Source of the DNA: an uncultured Verrucomicrobiae bacterium | GTDB lineage: Bacteria; Verrucomicrobiota; Verrucomicrobiia; Limisphaerales; Palsa-1400 | Length of the DNA: 64,000 nucleotides | NCBI GenBank assembly: GCA_963702845.1 | Contig: OY969763.1 | Coordinates: forward strand, 320,001-384,000 | Direction: 5' to 3' | In this document: positions 40,029 to 50,095 of the stretch, one piece after another | Layout of the letters: each line of letters starts with the position of its first letter | How positions within the stretch are numbered: position 1 is the stretch's first letter | Made by a program: the position numbers and the translations under genes | Notes under the pieces: generated by a model | What the model saw: only the letters and a program-made list of their open reading frames with translations | What the model was told of the DNA's origin: nothing | The model's database searches: none

Positions 40029-40864
40029 AAAAGTTTTGGTGCAACGTAATTTCGTTCTGTCTACTGACTGCGGCCCTCTCCTGCAGTCGCAATGATGCTC
40101 CTGCTGACCCGCACGTGGTTCGTTGCGCGGTAATTGGCGGGATGACCATGACCGGTTTGTGGCCGGAGATCGCAAAACAGTTTGAGGCGAAAACAGGCTA
40201 TCGCCTCGAAACAGTAGTCACCGGGCCGCGACCCGATTTGGATAAAGCGATGCGCGAAGGCAAGGTCGACCTCCTCACCATGCACTCGGGCGATATTACA
40301 ACGGACCTCGTTGCGGACGGTTTCGGAATGAATATGCGGCCATGGACCCGTAATGAATTGTGCATCGTCGGACCACCGGAGGACCCGGCGCATGTGCGCG
40401 GCATGACAAATGGCGCGGCTGCGCTGCGTAAGATTGCGGAAGCGAAGGCGCACTTTGTCGATTTTCAGGGAATCGGCAGCCGAGAGTTGGCGCACAATTT
40501 GTGGCATGCCGCGGGAGTGGAGCCCAAGGGAGATTGGGTCATCCGTGACGATACGGTTTCCAAATGGAACATCCTGCAATTTGCTCGCACGAATAACGCA
40601 TACGTCGTTGTTGGTTACATCCCCGCACACATGCAGAAAATGAATGCCGCGGGTATGGAAATACTGGTGAAGAACGATCCTATAATGCGGCGTCCGTTCA
40701 TTGTCATGGAAGCCAATCCGAATAAGGTTCCAAGACCGAACGTGGCCGGCGCACAAGCGCTTTCAGATTTTTTGCTTTCCGCAGAGATTCAGAAATTCCT
40801 GCTCGAATTTGGAACGCGCACGAACGGGCTCGGTGCGCTTTTTTTTCCGGTTATAATAGATTAA
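40025..40864 (+). CDS. Tungstate/molybdate-binding-like lipoprotein (TupA-like periplasmic binding protein)
   Basis: Lipobox LSC; TGL...I...FE..TG, G.VDL..MH, N...IVGP..DPA.V.G, E...LW..AG; GTGA overlap. Confidence 0.75.
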   Translation: MKKFWCNVISFCLLTAALSCSRNDAPADPHVVRCAVIGGMTMTGLWPEIAKQFEAKTGYRLETVVTGPRPDLDKAMREGKVDLLTMHSGDITTDLVADGFGMNMRPWTRNELCIVGPPEDPAHVRGMTNGAAALRKIAEAKAHFVDFQGIGSRELAHNLWHAAGVEPKGDWVIRDDTVSKWNILQFARTNNAYVVVGYIPAHMQKMNAAGMEILVKNDPIMRRPFIVMEANPNKVPRPNVAGAQALSDFLLSAEIQKFLLEFGTRTNGLGALFFPVIID

Positions 40865-40868
40865 GCAG

Positions 40869-41462
40869 CTAGTTCGCTTGTGCGCGGATGCGGATAAAGA
40901 CGTTTGTGCCCGGTGGTCGGCCGCAAATGGTTTCGTTGGTGCCTCCGAAAAATCGATTGCTGGTGACGGTCAACGCGTACCAGTTGGTAGCCGCGAGGTC
41001 AGTGCTGAATTCCGGGAATAAGTTCGTCTCGTTTGCGCCGGTCGAGAGCAGCACGAGGTTGGTGCTGAGCGAGATTGAAATCAATTCGATTGGCGGAGAT
41101 ACCGGATCAACAAAGGTGAAGGAATTGCCGAAACCGTGAACCGAGCACTCGTAAAACGCGTTCTGGGCGTCAGCCGGCACATGATAGGTAATCACTCCGG
41201 AGTTGATGTTGTTGTTATCCACTGTATCTCCCGGAATAATCTCGAATGGGTGGCTGAAATCAGTGTTGATATTAAAGGTATAGGTTCGGCCTCGTTCCAA
41301 AGTGATGCCCGGATTTGGGTTCGGGTCGTCATTGATGAGGTAATAGTAGTCAGGTGAGACAACATTGAAATCGTCGGTAGACTGTGCGTGACCGGTCAGC
41401 GCGCCGACAGCGGCAACAATCACTGCGACGATGCATTTTCGAGCAAAGATTCGGTTTTTCAT
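40869..41462 (-). CDS. Secreted cupredoxin-like protein with verrucomicrobial C-terminal domain
   Basis: NP.ITL.RG.TYTF...HPF.I...Y.C..H; C-terminal STDL...W...FIRI. Confidence 0.6.
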   Translation of the reverse strand: MKNRIFARKCIVAVIVAAVGALTGHAQSTDDFNVVSPDYYYLINDDPNPNPGITLERGRTYTFNINTDFSHPFEIIPGDTVDNNNINSGVITYHVPADAQNAFYECSVHGFGNSFTFVDPVSPPIELISISLSTNLVLLSTGANETNLFPEFSTDLAATNWYALTVTSNRFFGGTNETICGRPPGTNVFIRIRAQAN

Positions 41463-41572
41463 GGTGCAGGCCCAGCCTTAAGAGGTATGTTTTAAGTGAG
41501 ATGCTTCCGTGGGCGTTTTGTTCCCGGCTCTCGTTCGTTTGCTTCATTGGCGGACTTCTGCGAGCATCAAGC

Positions 41573-42004
41573 GTGTCTCACAAGACGGAAAAGGTTTTTG
41601 AACTTCTCAACGGCATCGACGCAAAAGGGCATGACCCGCGTTACGCAGGGTATTTCGAATTATTCAATCGCGGGCAGTATTATGAGGCTCACGATGTGCT
41701 GGAGGATCTTTGGTTGCCCGTTCGAAAAGAGCAGCAGGGGGATTTCTACAAAGGATTGATTCAATTGGCCGGCGCGTTTGTGCATTTAAAGAAGGAGCGA
41801 TTGCGACCGGCGGGGGCGCTCTTTAAATTGGCGCGAACGAATTTGTCAAAGTTTACGCCAGAATTCCGACATCTGGATTTGATGAAGGTGATCGAGGTCA
41901 TCGATCGCGCCATGAAAAAATTGGAGGACTCAGAATTTTCGGAGAATCCCTTGAAAGACGGCGCACCGCACTTGTCGCTGAATCAGTTGCCGAGACCGGT
42001 GTAG
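41573..42004 (+). CDS. DUF309 protein
   Basis: LFN.G.YYEAHDVLE.LW...KGLIQLA..FVH; GTG start assumed. Confidence 0.85.
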   Translation: MSHKTEKVFELLNGIDAKGHDPRYAGYFELFNRGQYYEAHDVLEDLWLPVRKEQQGDFYKGLIQLAGAFVHLKKERLRPAGALFKLARTNLSKFTPEFRHLDLMKVIEVIDRAMKKLEDSEFSENPLKDGAPHLSLNQLPRPV

Positions 42005-42690
42005 AGGGTGTTGACGCAAAAGAGGTGGATGGTGGGATACGCGATATTGAACAGGCGCCATGCGATAATCAGTCCAATCATGTTCATGGCCGGAGTCCCT
42101 AGCATCGTCCAGTATTTCACGGCATTTTCGTTTGATAAAAACAGCAAGGGAATGCTGCTGCCGTCGAGTGGCGGGAAGGGGATGAGATTGAAAATGAAGA
42201 GGAGCAGGTTGAGCGAGAAAAAAATACTGAGCAGAGTCGCGGCGAGCAACGGGGCGCCATGGCCAGCAGTGGCTTCGACGATATGTGCGGTGCTGATTTG
42301 ATCCGGGAGTTCGAACCAGCCGGTAGCGATGCCAAGACGGATGAGTCCAGCAGCGATGAGCATGAGTAGGAGGTTCGAGGCTGGTCCGGCCATTGCCATG
42401 ATTCCGGCGCGGCGCGGATGGCGGTGTGCCCAGGTCGGATCGTAGGGAGCGCTGGCCCAGCCGATCATCCAGCCGCCGAGCATGTAGGAGACGATCGGAA
42501 TGACGACCATGCCAAACGGTTCTCGTTTTATGTGCGGCGTGGGATCGAGCGATACCTGGCCTCCGCGATAAGCGGTGTCGTCGCCGAGACGATATGCGCT
42601 CAACGCGTGGCTGGCCTCGTGCACGGTCGTGGAAAAGAGAAACGCCACATACCAACACGCGCCGTCAAAAAATGAGATGTCGTGACCCAT
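41983..42690 (-). CDS. Site-2 protease (M50 family)
   Basis: HEASH, LGD.T, AGP.SN, FNLIP.PPLDG. Confidence 0.92.
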   Translation of the reverse strand: MGHDISFFDGACWYVAFLFSTTVHEASHALSAYRLGDDTAYRGGQVSLDPTPHIKREPFGMVVIPIVSYMLGGWMIGWASAPYDPTWAHRHPRRAGIMAMAGPASNLLLMLIAAGLIRLGIATGWFELPDQISTAHIVEATAGHGAPLLAATLLSIFFSLNLLLFIFNLIPFPPLDGSSIPLLFLSNENAVKYWTMLGTPAMNMIGLIIAWRLFNIAYPTIHLFCVNTLYTGLGN

Positions 42691-42698
42691 CGCAGAAA

Positions 42699-42726
42699 AG
42701 TATGAAGCAGGAAGTATGAAGGATGA
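42699..42726. repeat. Four tandem heptamers (AGTATGA-like)
   Basis: agtatga agcagga agtatga aggatga. Confidence 0.6.
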
Positions 42727-42964
42727 AGCGAAGAATTTTTCGGTCACCATCGCTGGTATGGGAGTTGCACGATGCGCATCGATGCCGCCGTTCTCACGTA
42801 TGATCGTTATTTTGAGCTTATCCCCGGCTTGCGCAGCATTGATAGAATCAGCGACTAATCGGGGGCTGTTACATACCGTTGTCCTTTCATCGGGCGAATT
42901 CCTCATGTATACTAGTCAGATTGCTTAATTGCAAAATTCGGGCGGAAGTTCCGCCTCCCGTTGT

Positions 42965-45853
42965 ATGGCACAGGAATTCATCAAAATAGGCGGCGCGCGT
43001 CAGCATAATCTCAAGAATCTGACGCTCTCAATCCCGCGCGACAAGCTGGTGGTCATCACCGGGTTGAGCGGTTCGGGAAAGTCGTCGTTGGCGTTTGATA
43101 CGATTTACGCGGAAGGACAGCGCAAGTACGTGGAGTCGTTGTCGGCCTATGCGCGGCAATTCCTCGATCAGATGGAAAAGCCGGAGGTTGATTTCATCGA
43201 AGGGTTATCGCCGTCGATTGCCATTGAGCAACGAAGTTCCGGTTCTAATCCACGTTCCATCATCGCGACCACAACGGAAATTTTCGATTACTTGCGGTTG
43301 CTGTTCGCGAATATCGGACAGGCGCATTGTCCGACGAGCGGTGAACCGATCACGCAGCAGACGACGAGTGACATTGTCGACAAGATTTTGGCGCTGCCAG
43401 TGAAGACAAGGGTAATGGTGCTCGCGCCGGTGGTGTCGCAGCAAAAAGGCGAGTTTCGCGATGTGATTGAACGGCTGGCACGCGAAGGTTTTGTTCGAGC
43501 ACGGGTTGATGGACAGATTGTTGAACTCAGCGCCAACGTTCGCGTGAAGCTGGATGCGAAACAGCGGCACACGATCGAAACGGTTGTGGATCGGTTAGTG
43601 ATCGATGAAAAAATTCGCATTCGTTTGAGCGATTCGGTTGAGACGGCGTTGAAGTGGGGAGAAGGGCGACTGCTGTTGCTGCAGCAACCCGAAGGCACTG
43701 ACATTTGGAACGAGACGCTTTATTCGAATCGAAACTACAGTCCGGCGACGGGCATGAGTTTCGATACGCTGACGCCGAAACATTTTTCGTTCAACTCACC
43801 AATGGGTGCGTGTTCGGTGTGTCACGGTATCGGACAGAAAATGGTTTTTGATGAGCACCTTGTTGTGCCGGATGCGGACAAGTCGCTCGAGAAAGGCGCG
43901 GTCCTTCCGTGGCGGCGCGGCAACAAGCGGATGATTGTTTATTACAAGAGCATGCTGAAGGGCTTGGCCGAACAATATAAACAGAGCATGGAAGTGCCTT
44001 GGCGCGAGTTGCCGGAGGATTTCAAAAAGAAGCTTTTGCGCGGAACTGGTGAGGAGGAATTCGAATTCACATTTTGGCGCGCGGGCAAGGCGAGCAAGAT
44101 AAAGCGGCCCTTCGAGGGAGTAGTTCCAAATCTCGAACGGCTTTACGCAGAGAGCGAAAGCGAGTTCACCAAGAACCGGCTGAAAGCTTTCATGAATCCG
44201 CAGCCGTGCGATGCGTGCGGTGGGCGGCGGTTGAAGCCGGAAGTCCTTGCTGTGACGGTAGGCGATAAACCTGTGCCCGGGCGCAAACCACAGTTTCCTG
44301 GTCTGTCGATCATGGATGTTTGCGCACTGTCGGTTCTAAGGGCAGATGAGTTTTTTGCCGGGCTCAAGCTCACGGATTTTCAACTGAAGATTGCCGCGGA
44401 GTTGATTAAGGAAATTCGTTCGCGACTCGGATTTTTGAAGAATGTCGGTCTCGGTTATCTGACGCTCGATCGCGAAAGCGGCACGTTGAGTGGCGGCGAA
44501 GCACAACGTATTCGGTTGGCGACGCAAATTGGTGCGGGGTTGGTGGGCGTGCTTTATATTTTGGACGAGCCGAGCATTGGTTTGCACCAGCGCGACAATG
44601 ACCGCTTGCTCAAATCGCTCGAAGGGTTGCGCAATCTTGGGAATTCCGTTTTGGTGGTCGAGCATGACGAGGACACGATTCGGCGGGCTGATTATATTTT
44701 GGACCTTGGTCCCGGTGCGGGCGTGCGCGGCGGCGAACTGGTTGCTGCTGGCACGTTGAAAGAGATCGAAGCCAATTCCCGATCTCTGACTGGTCAGTAT
44801 CTCAAAGGGGAATTGAAGATAAACGTCCCAAAGCACCGCGTTAAGCCGTCGCCGGATAAAGGTTGGCTGGAGGTGATCGGTGCGACGGAAAATAATCTCA
44901 AAAATATCGATGCGCGGATTCCTTTGGGCACCTTGACGTGCGTTACCGGAATGAGCGGGTCGGGTAAGAGCACGCTGGTTGATGATATTTTGCGACGCGC
45001 GTTGTTCCGAAAATTTTACGGGTCAAAGGAGCACCCCGGCGCACACAAAGCGTTGCGAGGATTTGAAACGCTCGACAAAGTTATTGTCATCGACCAGACA
45101 CCGATTGGCCGCACACCGCGCAGCAATCCGGCAACTTACACGGGAATGTTTAACCAGATTCGCGACCTGTTCGCGAAATTGCCGGCGGCGAAGATTCGTG
45201 GTTATGAGGCCGGACGTTTTAGTTTCAACGTCAAAGGCGGACGTTGCGAGAAGTGTCAGGGCGACGGGTTGATCAAAATTGAGATGCACTTTTTGCCGCC
45301 AGTCTATGTGACGTGCGAGGCCTGCAATGGGCGGCGATATAATCGCGAGACGTTGGAGATTAATTACAAGGGAATGAATATCGCGGATGTTCTCGATATG
45401 ACGGTCGATGAAGCGGTGACATTTTTTCGGGCGATTCCAAAGATTTATGATCCATGCTTAACGTTGGCCGAGGTGGGATTGGGATACGTTCGCCTCGGTC
45501 AATCAGCGACGACGCTGAGCGGTGGTGAAGCGCAGCGCATCAAGCTTGCGTCGGAGTTGCATCGCAAATCGACCGGTCGCACGTTTTACATTTTGGATGA
45601 GCCTACGACAGGACTGCATTTTCACGACGTTGCGAAGTTGCTTGAAGTGTTATTCAAGCTCCGCGATGCCGGCAACACGCTGCTTATTATTGAGCACAAT
45701 CTCGACGTAATCAAAACGGCAGACTGGGTGATCGATCTCGGTCCTGAAGGCGGCGAGGGCGGTGGACAGATTTTAGCGGAAGGGCCGCCGGAGAAAATTG
45801 CACAGACGGCCGGAAGTTACACGGGACAATACCTTGCGCCCTTGCTGAAATAA
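42965..45853 (+). CDS. uvrA: Excinuclease ABC subunit A
   Basis: [16 protein letters not shown], two LSGGEAQR signatures, Zn fingers. Confidence 0.98.
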   Translation: MAQEFIKIGGARQHNLKNLTLSIPRDKLVVITGLSGSGKSSLAFDTIYAEGQRKYVESLSAYARQFLDQMEKPEVDFIEGLSPSIAIEQRSSGSNPRSIIATTTEIFDYLRLLFANIGQAHCPTSGEPITQQTTSDIVDKILALPVKTRVMVLAPVVSQQKGEFRDVIERLAREGFVRARVDGQIVELSANVRVKLDAKQRHTIETVVDRLVIDEKIRIRLSDSVETALKWGEGRLLLLQQPEGTDIWNETLYSNRNYSPATGMSFDTLTPKHFSFNSPMGACSVCHGIGQKMVFDEHLVVPDADKSLEKGAVLPWRRGNKRMIVYYKSMLKGLAEQYKQSMEVPWRELPEDFKKKLLRGTGEEEFEFTFWRAGKASKIKRPFEGVVPNLERLYAESESEFTKNRLKAFMNPQPCDACGGRRLKPEVLAVTVGDKPVPGRKPQFPGLSIMDVCALSVLRADEFFAGLKLTDFQLKIAAELIKEIRSRLGFLKNVGLGYLTLDRESGTLSGGEAQRIRLATQIGAGLVGVLYILDEPSIGLHQRDNDRLLKSLEGLRNLGNSVLVVEHDEDTIRRADYILDLGPGAGVRGGELVAAGTLKEIEANSRSLTGQYLKGELKINVPKHRVKPSPDKGWLEVIGATENNLKNIDARIPLGTLTCVTGMSGSGKSTLVDDILRRALFRKFYGSKEHPGAHKALRGFETLDKVIVIDQTPIGRTPRSNPATYTGMFNQIRDLFAKLPAAKIRGYEAGRFSFNVKGGRCEKCQGDGLIKIEMHFLPPVYVTCEACNGRRYNRETLEINYKGMNIADVLDMTVDEAVTFFRAIPKIYDPCLTLAEVGLGYVRLGQSATTLSGGEAQRIKLASELHRKSTGRTFYILDEPTTGLHFHDVAKLLEVLFKLRDAGNTLLIIEHNLDVIKTADWVIDLGPEGGEGGGQILAEGPPEKIAQTAGSYTGQYLAPLLK

Positions 45854-45855
45854 CG

Positions 45856-46566
45856 ATGCATTACCTCGATCGCACGCTCGACTCGCCTACTGCCAATCTG
45901 GCACTTGACGAGGCTTTGTTGGATCAGTGCGAAGAGGGAGGGCCAGAGGCGCTACGATTTTGGGAGTCGCCGGAATACTTCGTCGTTCTCGGCTATGCCA
46001 ACCAGGTGGAGACCGAGGTAAACGTTCCAACATGCCTTGCACGCAACGTTCCGATACTTCGACGATGCAGCGGCGGCGGGACGGTTTTGCAAGGGCCGGG
46101 GTGTTTGAATTATTTGTTGGTTTTGAATTTTGAGAACAATCCGCAGCTGCAGACGATTCCGGGAGCGAACTGCTACATTATGCAGCGCAATGCGGAGGCG
46201 CTTCGGGCTGCTTTTGGTTTAGATGCCGAGGTTTGCGGGATTACGGATCTGGCTGTCGGTGCTCTAAAATTTTCCGGGAATGCACAACGGCGGAAGCGGC
46301 GCGCGCTGATTTTTCATGGAACGTTCCTGCTGACGTTTAATTTGCAGCTCGTTTCCGAGTTGTTGCGCTCGCCGAGTAAAGAGCCGGAGTATCGCGCTGG
46401 TCGGTCGCACGGGAACTTTATAACGAACTTGCACGTGGATGCTGCGCTGATCAAAAAGGGACTGCGGACTGCCTGGGGTGCGAATGATGAGTTACGAGAT
46501 ATTCCTGATATAACAACATTGATGCAGGAGAAGTATTCGACGGATGAGTGGAATTTGAAGTTTTGA
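45856..46566 (+). CDS. Lipoate-protein ligase family protein
   Basis: NLALDEALL, RR.SGGGTV, KFSGNAQ, HGT.L. Confidence 0.9.
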   Translation: MHYLDRTLDSPTANLALDEALLDQCEEGGPEALRFWESPEYFVVLGYANQVETEVNVPTCLARNVPILRRCSGGGTVLQGPGCLNYLLVLNFENNPQLQTIPGANCYIMQRNAEALRAAFGLDAEVCGITDLAVGALKFSGNAQRRKRRALIFHGTFLLTFNLQLVSELLRSPSKEPEYRAGRSHGNFITNLHVDAALIKKGLRTAWGANDELRDIPDITTLMQEKYSTDEWNLKF

Positions 46567-46580
46567 CGTGGGCAGGAAAT

Positions 46581-46625
46581 AGGGCGGTCGGAGAATGGAA
46601 ACCCATTTCCCGGTCGCCCTTTTTT
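46581..46625 (+). terminator. Intrinsic terminator after uvrA-ligase
   Basis: AGGGCGGTCGGAGAATGG / CCATTTCCCGGTCGCCCT stem (G-U pairs) then T-run. Confidence 0.75.
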
Positions 46626-46817
46626 GAACGCAGGAGGAACTACGATTCAAATTCTTTTAAAGTGAGCGCTCCCAAGTGCAACCAATCACCTGGGAGCGCC
46701 CTGTTTATCCCCCCAAACAACGGTGCCACTCTAGAGACTGCGTGTGTTTGCAACAATCAGGCTGGTGCTGTTTGATATGTCGAGGATTCCACTAAATTTA
46801 CTTTACAGAAGAGCGGC

Positions 46818-47297
46818 TCACGATTGGCCATCTTTCAAAAACACGACTTTGACTTTACGCTCGGGCTGCGTGGTGATCTGGTCCAGCAAACTGGGAGCGG
46901 CCTTTGCGGGTTCTGCCGGTTTGGAAGAGGGTTCGAGGGCGGCGTGCAATGCGCTCTCGACGAGCTGGGTGCAGTGAAGTTTCACCGGAGGGAGCGGCCC
47001 GAGGTCGGGGGCCAGATCCGTTGGCGTCATTTTCAAAACTTCTTCCGCAGTTTTTCCACGGATGACTTCGGTTGCGAGGCTGGCGACGGCGATGGCTGTT
47101 TCGCAGCCGAAACTTTGGAATGACGCGCGGTCAATGACCTTCCTGCCATTCTCTTCTTTGAACTTGAGCCAGAGGCGGACCATGTCGCCGCAACCAGCGC
47201 TGCCGGCGGTGCCGACGGCGTCAGCGTTTTCCATTTCGCCGAGGTTCTTCGGGTTGCGAATGGCGTCTTCGACTTTCTTTGCGAAATCGTTTTCCAT
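46818..47297 (-). CDS. IscU/NifU-type Fe-S scaffold protein
   Basis: NP.N.G, CGD, FGC..AIA, LPP.K.HC (three Cys). Confidence 0.88.
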   Translation of the reverse strand: MENDFAKKVEDAIRNPKNLGEMENADAVGTAGSAGCGDMVRLWLKFKEENGRKVIDRASFQSFGCETAIAVASLATEVIRGKTAEEVLKMTPTDLAPDLGPLPPVKLHCTQLVESALHAALEPSSKPAEPAKAAPSLLDQITTQPERKVKVVFLKDGQS

Positions 47298-47298
47298 A

Positions 47299-47835
47299 TC
47301 AGACGAGTTCGAGTTTGTACCGTGGGATCTTGGAATCCACTTCTTTCGACCACGCATCGAGGCCGCCGCGCAAGGTGCGGACGTTTTTGAAACCCTGCCC
47401 CAAAAAATAGGCCGCGGCGTCGAGGCCTTGCTGGCCGCGATGATCGTAAATGACGATGGCTTGTTCACGCGGCCACTTCGATAGAATTTCCTGCATGGTG
47501 GCTTGTGACATCAGCATGGCGCCATCTAGATGAGTGGCTTCGTATTCTTCGCGACTACGAACGTCGATTAGGCGCACCGTCGGCAAAACTTTTGCGAGTT
47601 CCTTGGGCTCGACTAAAAGTTCGAGGTCCTGTTCGTGGCTTTTTTCGAGATGCGCGATGATTTCAGCCGCATTGAGACTATTGCGTTCGGCGAGTTGTTG
47701 GACGGTTTCACCGGGTTGGAAGGCGCAACTGCTGCAGCCGCCGATGTGGAATTTGCGAAACAATGCGCGCTGCGCGCCGGGCATCACCTGGAGCACACGT
47801 TCCATCGGCATATCTGCTGTTAGTTTTTCGCTCAC
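47299..47835 (-). CDS. Rhodanese-like protein with N-terminal GGCxxC domain
   Basis: FHIGGCSSC; IDVR..EY, YDH.G (Asp at the catalytic Cys position), L.GG.DAW. Confidence 0.82.
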   Translation of the reverse strand: MSEKLTADMPMERVLQVMPGAQRALFRKFHIGGCSSCAFQPGETVQQLAERNSLNAAEIIAHLEKSHEQDLELLVEPKELAKVLPTVRLIDVRSREEYEATHLDGAMLMSQATMQEILSKWPREQAIVIYDHRGQQGLDAAAYFLGQGFKNVRTLRGGLDAWSKEVDSKIPRYKLELV

Positions 47836-47836
47836 G

Positions 47837-49072
47837 TCAGGCTCTGAAAAATTTTTGGATTTCCGCAATGACTTCGACCATGCGGTCGACTTCGGCGGTG
47901 GTGTTGTAAAAATAGAAACTGGCGCGGGCGGTCGAGGAAACGCCCAGTTTTTTCATAAGGGGCTGATTGCAATGATGGCCGCCACGCAACGCAACCCCGC
48001 GTTGGTCGGCGAAGGTGACGACGTCGTGCGCGTGGACGTCGTTGAGTAGAAAACTCACAACACCAGCGCGTCCCTTTTTTGGACCGAACAAGCGAATGTT
48101 TTGCAGGCCAGTGAGTTTGTCGTAGGCGTAGGCGGAGAGTTCCTCGTCGTGATGTTGGATGCGGTCGCGGCCGATTTCATCCAAATAGTCCATCGCTGTG
48201 CGCAAGCCGATTGCACCGGAGATATCCGGTGTGCCGGCTTCGAATTTGTGCGGAATGTCTTTCCATGTGCTCTCGAAGAAATCGACATTCGAAATCATGT
48301 CGCCACCGCCGTGGAAGGGCGGCATGGATTCGAGCACTTCGGCGCGGCCGTAGAGAAGCCCGATCCCGGTCGGGCCGCACATCTTGTGACCGGAGAGGGC
48401 AAGGAAATCACAGCCGATTTCCTGCACATCAACTTTACGATGGCCAATGCTTTGCGCGGCATCCACCAATGTCGTGATGCCGAGCTTGCGCGCGCGCGCG
48501 CAGAATTCGGCAGCGGGATTGACCGTGCCGAGTGTGTTGGAAATGTGCGTGAAGGAGAACAGTTTTACTGATTTGTTCAGGAGCGTATCGAGCTTCGACG
48601 TGTCGAGCAGGCCATCATCGCCAGTGACAGGAACGTAGGCGAGTTTGGCGCCGGTGCGTTCGGCGATCATCTGCCACGGAACGATGTTGCTGTGGTGCTC
48701 CATCTCGGTGAGCAAGATTGTGTCGCCTGGTTTGAGGTTCTTTGCGGCCCAGGTGTTCGCGACGAGGTTGATCGATTCGGTAGTGCCGCGCGTGAAGATG
48801 ATTTCGTTGGAGCTGCGAGCGTTGAGGAACTTTGCGGCGCGTTCGCGAGAGTCTTCGAAAGCAACGGTGGAGCGGTTGCTTAGTTCGTGGATGCCGCGGT
48901 GGACGTTGCTGTTGTCGCGAAGATAATAATGATCAAGCGCTTCGATGACTTGTTTTGGTTTCTGCGTCGTCGCGGCGTTGTCGAGGTAGACCAAGGGATG
49001 GTCATGGACTTTCTGATCTAAAATCGGAAAGTCCTTTCTGATCGTCATCCAATCTTTTGTCGTGGTCTGCAC
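47837..49072 (-). CDS. sufS: Cysteine desulfurase SufS
   Basis: YLDNAATTQKP, NVHRG, SGHKM.GPTG.G, FEAGTP, RGGHHC.QP. Confidence 0.96.
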   Translation of the reverse strand: MQTTTKDWMTIRKDFPILDQKVHDHPLVYLDNAATTQKPKQVIEALDHYYLRDNSNVHRGIHELSNRSTVAFEDSRERAAKFLNARSSNEIIFTRGTTESINLVANTWAAKNLKPGDTILLTEMEHHSNIVPWQMIAERTGAKLAYVPVTGDDGLLDTSKLDTLLNKSVKLFSFTHISNTLGTVNPAAEFCARARKLGITTLVDAAQSIGHRKVDVQEIGCDFLALSGHKMCGPTGIGLLYGRAEVLESMPPFHGGGDMISNVDFFESTWKDIPHKFEAGTPDISGAIGLRTAMDYLDEIGRDRIQHHDEELSAYAYDKLTGLQNIRLFGPKKGRAGVVSFLLNDVHAHDVVTFADQRGVALRGGHHCNQPLMKKLGVSSTARASFYFYNTTAEVDRMVEVIAEIQKFFRA

Positions 49073-49088
49073 AGATCTCCAACGTAAA

Positions 49089-49625
49089 CTACATCAGCCC
49101 GAGTTCCAACTTGGCGGCTTCGGATAACATATCGCGGTTCCAGGGTGGGTCCCAAACGAGATGGACCTGGGCTTCTTTTACTTCGGGTAAGTCCAACAAT
49201 TTTGTTTCGACATCCTGTTGCAAAACGGGGCCCATGCCACAACCGGGAGCGGTTAAAGTCATTTTCACTTCGACGCGATTGGTTCCTTCGGGCAGCGGCG
49301 TGATTTGCACGTCGTAAACGAGGCCGAGGTCGACGATGTTCACCGGAATTTCCGGGTCGTAACACGTGCGCAAGATGCCCATGACCGTTTGTTCTTCCAG
49401 CGGGCCGCCTGGCTTGGTGCTTTCGGCCTTCGTAACTTCTTTGCCGATGGCGTCGGCATCTTTGGCGTCAATGCGCGCCATGTTGCCGTGGATGATAACG
49501 GTATAGCTGCCGCCGAGCGCCTGCGCGATGGTCACGGGTTCGCCGGACTGCAATGTGATCTTCGTGCCGGCCGGGATGAGGACGGCTTCGCAATCGCGTT
49601 TTAGAATGATTTCGTCGCCTTGCAT
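49089..49625 (-). CDS. sufT: Fe-S assembly protein SufT (DUF59)
   Basis: DPEIPVNIVDLGLVY, TLTAPGCGMG, WDPPW. Confidence 0.92.
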   Translation of the reverse strand: MQGDEIILKRDCEAVLIPAGTKITLQSGEPVTIAQALGGSYTVIIHGNMARIDAKDADAIGKEVTKAESTKPGGPLEEQTVMGILRTCYDPEIPVNIVDLGLVYDVQITPLPEGTNRVEVKMTLTAPGCGMGPVLQQDVETKLLDLPEVKEAQVHLVWDPPWNRDMLSEAAKLELGLM

Positions 49626-49626
49626 A

Positions 49627-50094
49627 TCAGAACCCCGGGGTTTTGGATTCTTCGGTCGAAACGATTTTGTTTTCGCCTTTTAAACCTGCCACGAGGGCGT
49701 GCCATGGCAACACGGCGCATTTGACGCGCATTGGAAACGTGTGGACGCCGGCAAATGCATAAAGTTTGCCCATCGTTTCTTCGTCGGCCTTGCCGGTGGT
49801 GACCATTTGCTGATAAAGGGCAAAATATTTTTGCGCTTCAACCACGGTCTTGCCTTTTAAAAAATCGGTCATGATGGACCCGGCGGCTTTGGAAATGGCG
49901 CAGCCGGAACCTTCGAAACTGACGTCTTTGATGACGTCGCCTTCCAGCTTGAGATAGACGGCGTAATTGTCGCCGCAGAGCGGGTTGTTGCCGTGTGCGG
50001 TATGGTTGGCGTCAGCGAGTTTGCCGAAGTTGCGAGGCTTCCGGCTGTGATCGAGGATCACCTGCTGATAAAGCTCGTTTAATTCATCTGTCAT
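49627..50094 (-). CDS. sufU: SUF system SufU
   Basis: LYQ.VILDH...PRN.G, NPLCGD, GCAIS, RVKCA.L.W. Confidence 0.92.
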   Translation of the reverse strand: MTDELNELYQQVILDHSRKPRNFGKLADANHTAHGNNPLCGDNYAVYLKLEGDVIKDVSFEGSGCAISKAAGSIMTDFLKGKTVVEAQKYFALYQQMVTTGKADEETMGKLYAFAGVHTFPMRVKCAVLPWHALVAGLKGENKIVSTEESKTPGF

Positions 50095-50095
50095 A

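Noticed and set aside
42730..42964. LexA box upstream of uvrA
   Set aside because: No TGTTC-N4-GAACA or other convincing SOS palindrome seen
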